From the NCBI GenBank assembly GCA_039028615.1, contig JBCCHT010000050.1, positions 1-64,000 of the forward strand: a stretch of DNA of 64,000 bases, written 5' to 3'. Both the position numbers and the translations under genes were made by a program. The notes beneath the pieces were generated by a model, which ran no database searches, had not been told where the DNA came from, and saw nothing but the letters and a program-made list of their open reading frames with translations. Shown here one piece after another: positions 56,591-64,000 of this stretch; position 1 is the stretch's first letter; each line of letters starts with the position of its first letter. Source of the DNA: Myxococcota bacterium (GTDB lineage Bacteria; Myxococcota_A; Polyangia; Nannocystales; Nannocystaceae).

Positions 56591-58285
56591 GTGAGCAGCT
56601 CCACGCTGACCGAGCCCCGACGTCTGCCGATCGTCGACGCCCCGTCTCGGCGGCCGCCGGTCGAGCCTTCGCTGGTCGGCCTCCTCCAGGAGTCGCTGCG
56701 GGAGCAATCGGATCTCAGCGGAGTGGAGCGGTTCTCCACCCTGCACGAGGCGGGCGCCCTCGACTCGATGGCGAGTCGATACTCCGCGCTGCTGCCCGCC
56801 ACCGCGCCCGGACCCGGTCAGCAGTACGGCTTCGAGGTCGATCTCGACGCCTGCACCGGATGCAAGGCGTGCGTCACCGCTTGCCACACCCTCAACGGGC
56901 TCGACGACGGCGAGGCATGGCGCGACGTGGGCACCCTGCGAGGGGGCAGCACCGCCCGGCCCGTGATCCAGCCGGTCACCACCGCGTGCCACCACTGCGT
57001 GGAGCCGGCGTGCCAGTCGGGGTGCCCCGTGCTCGCCTACGAAAAGGACCCGGTCACGGGCATCGTGCGGCACCTCGACGACCAGTGCATCGGCTGCCAG
57101 TACTGCGTGCTCAAGTGCCCCTACGACGTCCCCAAGTACAACGCCCAGCGCGGGATCGTCCGCAAGTGCGACATGTGCTCGCAACGCCTCGCCGTAGGGG
57201 AGCCGCCCGCGTGCGCCCAGGCCTGCCCGACCGGAGCCATTCGCGTTCGTGTGGTGTCGACCGACGACGTCGTCGAGGCCTCGGAGGCGGGCCGCTTCTT
57301 GCCGGGCAGCCCGGACCCCATCTTCACCCTGCCCACCACCACCTTCACCAGCCGTCAGCCGCTGCCCACCAACATGCTGGCCGCCGACCACTACCGGGTG
57401 CACCGCGAGCACGCGCACCTGCCCCTGGTGTGGATGCTGGTGCTCACCCAGATGGCGGTGGGTGCCGTCGTCCTGCAAGAGCTCGTGCGACGCACGGCCG
57501 ATGTCGGCGTGTCCACCTCGCAATCCCTGTTCGCGATGGTCGTGGGTTTCGTCGCCCTCGCGGCCAGCACCCTGCACCTGGGGCGACCCCACCTCGCGTT
57601 TCGGGCGGTGCTGGGCATTCGCCGATCGTGGCTGAGCCGGGAGATCGTGGCGTTCGGAGGCTTCGCGGCGCTTTCGGTAGGCTACGCGGCAACCCACGCC
57701 TGGGGCGGCCCGGCCCCCGCGTGGCTCGACCCGCTGGGCACGATGGTCTGCGTCGTGGGGCTCGGCGCGGTCGCGTGTTCGGCGATGGTCTATCACGACA
57801 CCAAGCGCGTGGCCTGGGATCTATCTTCGGGCCTGCCGCGCTTCTTGCTGACGACCGCGATCTTGGGCGTGGTCGCTCTGCTGGTGACCAGCGCCCCCGG
57901 TTCGTTTCAGCCGATTCCCCCGCCGTGGATCCGCAGCCTGCTGCTCGTGCTGCCGCTGTTGGTCGGCCTGCGGCTCGGCCATGAGCTGCTGGTGCTCCTG
58001 CACCGCCACGACCGTCGCCACTGCCCCAACAAGCGCACCGCGTTGCTGCTGATGGGCGAGCTGCGCTCGGTCCTGTGCACTCGCGTCGCGTTCGCGGCCG
58101 TCGGGGGCATCGGCCTCCCCGCCGTGCTGCTGTGGGCCGCCGATGCGCCCGGCATCCGGGTCGCGGCCGACGTGCCGATCTTCGTGGGGGCCATCGCCGC
58201 GCTGACCTTCGTGGGCGAGCTGCTCGCTCGCTACCTGTTCTTCGTCTCCGTCGTCTCTCCGAAGATGCCGGGAGGAGCGCTCTGA
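56591..58285 (+). CDS. DmsB-like 4x[4Fe-4S] domain fused to a DmsC-type membrane anchor
   Basis: CTGCKACVTAC, CHHCVEPAC, CIGCQYCVLKCPY, KCDMC...CAQACP; HLGRP...SWLSREI; ELLARYLFF; GTG start. Confidence 0.88.
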   Translation: MSSSTLTEPRRLPIVDAPSRRPPVEPSLVGLLQESLREQSDLSGVERFSTLHEAGALDSMASRYSALLPATAPGPGQQYGFEVDLDACTGCKACVTACHTLNGLDDGEAWRDVGTLRGGSTARPVIQPVTTACHHCVEPACQSGCPVLAYEKDPVTGIVRHLDDQCIGCQYCVLKCPYDVPKYNAQRGIVRKCDMCSQRLAVGEPPACAQACPTGAIRVRVVSTDDVVEASEAGRFLPGSPDPIFTLPTTTFTSRQPLPTNMLAADHYRVHREHAHLPLVWMLVLTQMAVGAVVLQELVRRTADVGVSTSQSLFAMVVGFVALAASTLHLGRPHLAFRAVLGIRRSWLSREIVAFGGFAALSVGYAATHAWGGPAPAWLDPLGTMVCVVGLGAVACSAMVYHDTKRVAWDLSSGLPRFLLTTAILGVVALLVTSAPGSFQPIPPPWIRSLLLVLPLLVGLRLGHELLVLLHRHDRRHCPNKRTALLLMGELRSVLCTRVAFAAVGGIGLPAVLLWAADAPGIRVAADVPIFVGAIAALTFVGELLARYLFFVSVVSPKMPGGAL

Positions 58286-60453
58286 TGCTGTACACGCGAG
58301 TCGGACCGCATACCCGCGACCTCGAGCTTCATCCGAGCGGGCTGGGCCGAGTGCCGAGCGAGCTGCGAGAGTGTCGAACCACGGGCTCGGTCTGTGGCTT
58401 CTGCTCGACCGGGTGCGAGCTGTCGATTCACACGCGAGACGGCCGTGCCCAGGGCCTGACCCCCTCCCCGACATGGCCGGTCAACCGGGGCGTCGCGTGT
58501 CCCAAGGGCTGGGAGGCCTTGGCGGTGACGCAGTCGGCCGCGCGAGCCACCACCCCGCTGCTGCGCGACGACGGGGGCGTCCATCGACCCATCGCGTGGG
58601 ACCGCGCCATGCGGCTCTTCGCCGATCGCTTCGGCGCCATCGCCCGCCGCCATGGGCCGGAGTCGGTCGCGTTCCTCTCCACCGGCCAGATCCCCAGCGA
58701 AGAGATGCTCATGCTCGGCGTGCTGGCCAAGTGCGGCATGGGCATGGTGCACGGCGACGGCAACACCCGGCAGTGCATGGCCACCGCCGTCACCGCCTAC
58801 AAGGGCTCGTTCGGCTTCGACGCCCCGCCCTATACCTACGCCGACTTCGAGCAGTCCGATCTCATCGTCCTGGTCGGCTCGAACCTGTGCATCGCTCATC
58901 CCATCCTGTGGTCGCGCGTCGTCGCCAATCGTCGAGACCCCGCGATCGTGACCCTCGATCCGCGCATGTCCGAGACGGCGCGGGCCAGCACGCTGCACCT
59001 GCGGCTGCGGCCGGGCAGCGATCTGGCGCTCTTCCATGGCGTCGCCCGGGCGCTCATCGAGCGAGGCGCGGTGGACCAAGCCTTCGTCGATGCATCCACC
59101 GTGGGATTCGAATCTTTTGCCCGCTTCGTCCAGGCCTACGACCTGCCGCGGGTCGCCTCCGCCACCGACCTCGAAGTGGCGCAGATCGAGCAGTTCATCG
59201 AACTCATCGCCGAGCGCGGTCGCGCCTCGTTTTGGTGGACGATGGGCATCAACCAGAGCCACCAGGGCACCCGCACCGCCCAGGCGATCATCAACGTCGC
59301 GCTCATGACCGGCAACATCGGGCGTCCGGGCACGGGGGCCAACTCGATCACCGGGCAGTGCAACGCCATGGGCTCGCGGCTGTTCAGCAACACCACGGCC
59401 CTCCCCGGCGGTTACCGCTACGACGACCCCAAGGGGCGCGCCACCGTGTCCCGGGCGCTGTCCATCGATGCCGGCCGCTTCCAGACCGAGCCCGGGCACG
59501 CCTACGACCGCATCGTCCGCGGCATCACCCAAGGCGAGATCAAGGGGCTGTGGATCATCGCGACCAATCCCGGGCACTCATGGATCGACCGTCGCACCAT
59601 CGAAAATGCCTTGGGCATGCTCGACTTCGTGGTGGTGCAGGACCTGTTCGCCGACACCGAGACGGCGCGCCGGGCCGACCTCGTGCTGCCCGCGGCCGGC
59701 TGGGGCGAAAAGGACGGCACCTTCATCAACTCCGAGCGTCGGCTCGGCCGCATTCGCAAGGTCCAGCGCGCATCGGGGCAAGCCCTCGCCGACTTCCACA
59801 TCTTCCGCTTGGCCGCCGCGGCCACGGGCAACGGGGCGCTCTTCGACACCTGGACGAGCCCCGAGCATGTGTTCCACAAGCTCAAGGCCACCACTGCCGG
59901 TCAGCCCTGCGACATCACGGGCATCGAAGACTACGCCATGCTCGACCGTCATGGCGGCATCCAGTGGCCGCTGCCCGCCGGGCACCCGGTCGAGGACCAA
60001 CACCGACGGCTCTTCGAGGACGGCGTGTTCCACCACGAAGACGGACGGGCCCGCTTCGTGTTCGAGCCGCCACGCCCCCTGCCCGAGACCATCTCGGCCC
60101 GCTTTCCGCTGCTGCTCAATACCGGTCGGGGTACCTCGGCACAGTGGCATACCACCACCCGCACCCAGAACTCGACGGTGCTCGCCCGGTTGCACCCGCC
60201 TCAGGCGTACGTCGAGCTCCACCCGAGCGATGCCAAACACCGATGCATCGCCGATGGGGATCGGGTGCGGGTGGTGTCTCGGCGCGGCAAGATCCACGCC
60301 CGGGCTCACGTCACCCGCAGCGTTCGAATCGGCGAGGCGTTCATGGCCATGCACTACGCCACCACCAACCTCGTGACCCGGGCGCAGTTCGATCCGCACT
60401 CTCGCCAACCCGCCTACAAGGCGTGCGCGATCGAGATCCAGCGGCTCGAGTAG
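58285..60453 (+). CDS. Molybdopterin nitrate reductase catalytic subunit (NasA/NarB-like)
   Basis: CGFCSTGC...CPKG Fe-S motif, NTRQCMA (Mo-Cys), TGQCNAMG, EKDGTFINSERR; TGATG overlap with upstream gene; no Tat signal seen. Confidence 0.88.
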   Translation: MLYTRVGPHTRDLELHPSGLGRVPSELRECRTTGSVCGFCSTGCELSIHTRDGRAQGLTPSPTWPVNRGVACPKGWEALAVTQSAARATTPLLRDDGGVHRPIAWDRAMRLFADRFGAIARRHGPESVAFLSTGQIPSEEMLMLGVLAKCGMGMVHGDGNTRQCMATAVTAYKGSFGFDAPPYTYADFEQSDLIVLVGSNLCIAHPILWSRVVANRRDPAIVTLDPRMSETARASTLHLRLRPGSDLALFHGVARALIERGAVDQAFVDASTVGFESFARFVQAYDLPRVASATDLEVAQIEQFIELIAERGRASFWWTMGINQSHQGTRTAQAIINVALMTGNIGRPGTGANSITGQCNAMGSRLFSNTTALPGGYRYDDPKGRATVSRALSIDAGRFQTEPGHAYDRIVRGITQGEIKGLWIIATNPGHSWIDRRTIENALGMLDFVVVQDLFADTETARRADLVLPAAGWGEKDGTFINSERRLGRIRKVQRASGQALADFHIFRLAAAATGNGALFDTWTSPEHVFHKLKATTAGQPCDITGIEDYAMLDRHGGIQWPLPAGHPVEDQHRRLFEDGVFHHEDGRARFVFEPPRPLPETISARFPLLLNTGRGTSAQWHTTTRTQNSTVLARLHPPQAYVELHPSDAKHRCIADGDRVRVVSRRGKIHARAHVTRSVRIGEAFMAMHYATTNLVTRAQFDPHSRQPAYKACAIEIQRLE

Positions 60454-60469
60454 GCCCGAACGACGCCAA

Positions 60470-60485
60470 CCTACAAAATTGTAGG
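60470..60485. promoter_or_regulatory. Perfect palindrome, candidate enhancer (bEBP) site
   Basis: CCTACAA-AA-TTGTAGG, about 95 bp upstream of the sigma-54 motif. Confidence 0.6.
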
Positions 60486-60579
60486 AAGCGCGCCCGAGGC
60501 GAACACAAACGTCGTTTCAAAGCGTGTGAGGCTTCATAATTTCTCGTCTTCCCCGGCACTTGGGCACCCACTCGGCGGG

Positions 60580-60595
60580 CGGCACGACATTTGCA
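60580..60595 (+). promoter_or_regulatory. Sigma-54 (-24/-12) promoter
   Basis: CGGCACG-ACAT-TTGCA closely matches TGGCACG-N4-TTGCW with the invariant GG and GC correctly spaced. Confidence 0.75.
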
Positions 60596-60610
60596 TTGAA
60601 GCCCCCCACC

Positions 60611-63535
60611 ATGAGCGACAGCAAAGCTCGGATCGTCGTCGTCGGTAATGGCATGGTGGGACATCGGTTCTGCGAACGACTCGTAGAGCAGGGGATCCAA
60701 CAACGTCACCGCGTCGTCGTATTCGGCGAGGAGCCATGGTCGGCCTACGACCGCGTCCACCTCAGCGAGTACTTCGCCAGCCGCGATCCGCTGGAGCTCG
60801 GCCTTCGCTCGAGAGACTGGTACGCGCAGGTCGGGATCGAGCTGCGGACGGGGACCGCGATCGTCTCGATCGATCGCGAAGCGCAGGTCGTCGTCGATGA
60901 TGCCGGGCAGGCGCACGGCTACGACCAGCTCGTGCTGGCTACCGGCTCGTCGTGCTTCATGCCTCCCGTGCCCGGCATCGATCGGCCCGGCGTTTTTCCC
61001 TACCGCACCATCGCGGACCTCGACCGGATCATCGCGTACGCCGAGGGTCGAGGTCGCGGCACGATCCTCGGCGGAGGCTTGCTCGGGCTCGAGGCGGCCA
61101 AGGCCCTGAAGGAGCTGGGGGTGGACACGACCATCGTCGAGATGGCGCCGCGGCTGATGCCCCGGCAGCTCGATGACGCGGGGGCGCGCGTGCTCGGCCG
61201 CACCATCAAAGACCTCGGTTTGGCGCTACGCCTCGGTGCCCGCACCACCGAGCTCGCCGGCCGAGACGCGGTGCAGCGGCTGGTGTTCGACGACGGCACC
61301 CAGCTGGACACGGACATGGTGGTCGTCTCCGCCGGAGTTCGGGCCCGCGACGAGCTCGCGCGTGAAGCCGGGCTGGAGCTCGGGCCGCGGGGAGGCGCGG
61401 CCGTCGATGCTCATCTGCAAACCTCGGATCCCCAGATCTTCGCGATCGGTGAGGTCGCCGCGTTCCACGGCGAGCTGTACGGCCTGGTCGCCCCCGGCTA
61501 TGCGATGGCCGACGTGCTGGCCAAGCGCCTCGCGGGCACCGATGCCACCTTCGAGCGCCCCGATCTCTCCACCAAGCTCAAGCTCCTGGGCGTGGACGTG
61601 GGCAGCTTCGGCGATGCCTTTGCCGAGGGCGACGACATCGATTGCATCACCATCGAGGACCTGCGCAACCGGATCTACAAGCGCATCAACATCCGTCGCT
61701 CCGACTCCGCCCTCGTCGGCGGGATGCTGGTGGGCGACGTCAGCCAATTCGCCCAGCTCGATCACCTGGCCCGCAGCCGCACTCCGATCCCCGACTCACC
61801 CGAGCGCCTGATCATCGGCGACCCGGCGGCCCCCGCCGCCCGCCTGCCCGACGAGGCGGGCGTCTGCTCGTGCGAAGGCGTCTGTGCGGGCACCATCCGT
61901 CGCACGATCCAGCAGCAGGAGCTCGACGCGGTGGACGGCATCAAGCGCTGCACCAAGGCCGGCACCGGCTGCGGCGGCTGCGTGCCCATGCTCGAGACGA
62001 TCCTCGACGAAGAGCTCGCCGCCGCGGGCAAGGCCGTGTCGCGCAGCCTGTGCCAGCACTTCGACCATAGCCGGCAGGATCTGGTCAGCATCATCAAGGT
62101 CGAGCAGCTGCGCAGCTTCGACGAGATCATCGAGCGCCACGGCCGAGGACAAGGCTGCGAGATCTGCAAGCCGGCCGTCGCCTCCATCCTCGCCAGCCTG
62201 TGGAACGAGCTGGTGGTCGAGCATGCGAACATCCAGGACACCAACGACCGTTTCCTCGCCAACATCCAGCGCGGCGGCACCTACTCGGTGATCCCCCGCG
62301 TGCCCGGCGGAGAGCTGTTGCCCCATCAGCTGGTCGCGCTCGGTCGCATCGCCCAGGACTACGACCTGTACACCAAGATCACGGGCGGGCAGCGGGTCGC
62401 CCTATTCGGCGCCCGGGTGGAGGACCTGCCGAAGATCTGGGAGGAGCTCATCGAGCACGGGTTCGAGAGCGGCCACGCCTACGGCAAGGCCCTGCGTACG
62501 GTGAAGTCCTGCGTGGGTACCGACTGGTGCAGGTATGGCATCGGTGACTCGTGCGGGCTCGCGATTCGGGTGGAGAAGCGCTACCGCGGCATTCGAGCGC
62601 CCCACAAGATCAAGATGGCGGCCTCCGGCTGCATCCGCGAGTGCGCCGAGGCCCGCAGCAAGGACGTGGGCTTCATCGCGGTGGAGGGCGGCTGGAACGT
62701 CTATGTGGGAGGCAACGGCGGCGCCAAGCCCCGGCACGCCGAGCTGCTGGCCGAGGGCGTCGACGAGACGACCGCCATTCGCTACGTCGACCGATTCCTC
62801 ATGTACTACATCCACTCTGCCGACAAGCTGACCCGCACCGCGGCGTGGATCGAGAGCCTCGAGGGCGGCATCGACTATGTGCGCTCGGTGGTCGTCGACG
62901 ATGCGCTGGGCATCGCCGACCGCCTCGAGCGAGACATGGCACGCCTGGTCGACACGTATGCGTGCGAGTGGAAACGAGTCGTGGAAGACGAAACCCTACG
63001 GGCTCGCTTCACGCACGCCGCGACCGATCGGCACGGCGATCCCAACGTGCGTTTCATACGGGTGCGCGGTCAAAAGCGGCCCGCGCCCTGGAGCGAACCG
63101 GCCAAGGCTCCGCGTAGCAAGACCCGCCTGCCGACCTTTCAGCCCACGCGTGCACGGTGGGTTCGCGTTGGAAGCGCAGCGGAAGTCCCGCCAGACGCGG
63201 GCACCACCTTCCGGTATGGTTCCTTCCAGATCGCCGTCTTCAACTTCGCGAGTCGCGGACGCTTCTATGCCACCCAAAACATGTGCCCGCACATGCAGGA
63301 CATGGTGCTCGCGCGAGGCCTCACCGGAGATGATAATGGAGTCCCCAAGGTGATCTGCCCCATGCACAAACGAAGGTTCTCGCTCGAGTCGGGCCAGTCC
63401 CTCGACGGTGATCTTCCCGGCATTCGCACCTTCCCCATCCGAGTCGAGGCCGGCCAAGTCTTCGTGAAGCTCCCCCCCGCCGACAGCCACGAACTCACCA
63501 CGCCCGCGTGCGGGCGGAAATCGAGCCCACGATGA
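60611..63535 (+). CDS. nirB: NADH-dependent siroheme nitrite reductase NirB with C-terminally fused NirD (Rieske) domain
   Basis: GNGMVG, GGGLLGLE, CSC/GTGCGGC, GCEIC, CVGTDWC, SGCIREC; C-terminal CPH...CPMH Rieske motif. Confidence 0.93.
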   Translation: MSDSKARIVVVGNGMVGHRFCERLVEQGIQQRHRVVVFGEEPWSAYDRVHLSEYFASRDPLELGLRSRDWYAQVGIELRTGTAIVSIDREAQVVVDDAGQAHGYDQLVLATGSSCFMPPVPGIDRPGVFPYRTIADLDRIIAYAEGRGRGTILGGGLLGLEAAKALKELGVDTTIVEMAPRLMPRQLDDAGARVLGRTIKDLGLALRLGARTTELAGRDAVQRLVFDDGTQLDTDMVVVSAGVRARDELAREAGLELGPRGGAAVDAHLQTSDPQIFAIGEVAAFHGELYGLVAPGYAMADVLAKRLAGTDATFERPDLSTKLKLLGVDVGSFGDAFAEGDDIDCITIEDLRNRIYKRINIRRSDSALVGGMLVGDVSQFAQLDHLARSRTPIPDSPERLIIGDPAAPAARLPDEAGVCSCEGVCAGTIRRTIQQQELDAVDGIKRCTKAGTGCGGCVPMLETILDEELAAAGKAVSRSLCQHFDHSRQDLVSIIKVEQLRSFDEIIERHGRGQGCEICKPAVASILASLWNELVVEHANIQDTNDRFLANIQRGGTYSVIPRVPGGELLPHQLVALGRIAQDYDLYTKITGGQRVALFGARVEDLPKIWEELIEHGFESGHAYGKALRTVKSCVGTDWCRYGIGDSCGLAIRVEKRYRGIRAPHKIKMAASGCIRECAEARSKDVGFIAVEGGWNVYVGGNGGAKPRHAELLAEGVDETTAIRYVDRFLMYYIHSADKLTRTAAWIESLEGGIDYVRSVVVDDALGIADRLERDMARLVDTYACEWKRVVEDETLRARFTHAATDRHGDPNVRFIRVRGQKRPAPWSEPAKAPRSKTRLPTFQPTRARWVRVGSAAEVPPDAGTTFRYGSFQIAVFNFASRGRFYATQNMCPHMQDMVLARGLTGDDNGVPKVICPMHKRRFSLESGQSLDGDLPGIRTFPIRVEAGQVFVKLPPADSHELTTPACGRKSSPR

Positions 63536-64000
63536 ACGACACGCGCGCCATCGATCTGCTCTTCGACATCACGCACGCCCTGCTCTCCGATCACAAGGAG
63601 CTCGAGCCCAAGTTCAACCGCGTACTCAAGCTGCTCCAGGGGGCGGGCCTGCAACGCGGGGTGGTGGCCCTGCACGACGAGGGCACCAACGAGCTGCGCA
63701 TCGTGGCCGCCAACGGGCTGACCGCGGCCCAGCGCCGAAAGGGTCGCTACCTGCCCGGCGAAGGCGTGCTCGGCCAGACCTTCGAGCGCAAGGCCCCCAC
63801 CGTCATCCCCTCGATCGCGGACAACGACAACTTCCTCAATCGCACCGAGAGCCGCGACACGGCCCAAGCCTCCAACACCGCGTTCGTGTGTGTGCCCATC
63901 GCCACCGCGGGGGACGGCCCCGTGCTCGGCACGCTGTGCGGCGAGCGAATCTTCGATGGCGACGAGCAGATGACCGACGATGTTCGCCTGCTCAGCATCA
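63532..64000 (+). CDS. GAF-domain protein, NifA-like sigma-54 activator N-terminus (truncated by window edge)
   Basis: ATGA overlap with nirB; MNDTRAIDLL...GRYLPGEGVLG...FLNRT...FVCVPI...LGTL resembles the NifA-family GAF domain; the AAA+ domain is not in the window. Confidence 0.72.
   Translation, partial: MNDTRAIDLLFDITHALLSDHKELEPKFNRVLKLLQGAGLQRGVVALHDEGTNELRIVAANGLTAAQRRKGRYLPGEGVLGQTFERKAPTVIPSIADNDNFLNRTESRDTAQASNTAFVCVPIATAGDGPVLGTLCGERIFDGDEQMTDDVRLLSI

Noticed and set aside
63532..64000. Nitrogen fixation inferred from the NifA-like gene
   Set aside because: Only a GAF domain is visible, no nif structural genes are present, and the context is nitrate/nitrite reduction

Overview
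A GC-rich, gene-dense chromosomal window. Gene content (many eukaryote-like Ser/Thr kinases, Cys-rich lipoproteins, an ECF/anti-sigma module) suggests a myxobacterium; that taxonomy is inferred, not proven. Housekeeping genes (secA, an LD-carboxypeptidase, an rlmD-like methyltransferase) occupy the left end, followed by signalling and lipoprotein genes, an ABC exporter, lipid desaturases and a nitrate/nitrite assimilation locus at the right end. Two things stand out. (1) A RiPP-like operon at 23.7-34.2 kb. An NHLP-like precursor ending in ...YHCSDLC is encoded in frame at the C-terminus of an S53 (sedolisin/kumamolisin) protease and also has its own internal RBS+ATG. It is followed by a fused E1/YcaO cyclodehydratase, a PhyH-type Fe/2OG dioxygenase and a translationally coupled Ser/Thr kinase-AAA-GAF-His kinase. 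(2) A hidden selenoprotein at 47745-49601: an LVIVD-repeat lipoprotein reads through an in-frame TGA into a thioredoxin-fold domain with a UxxC motif, followed by a SECIS-like hairpin. Also noted: a sigma-54 promoter and palindromic site upstream of a nirB-nirD fusion, a DmsB/DmsC-fused partner for the nitrate reductase, a globin-reductase pair, a probable non-canonical start codon, and several structured intergenic elements. All product calls come from motif reading only; no database searches were run.
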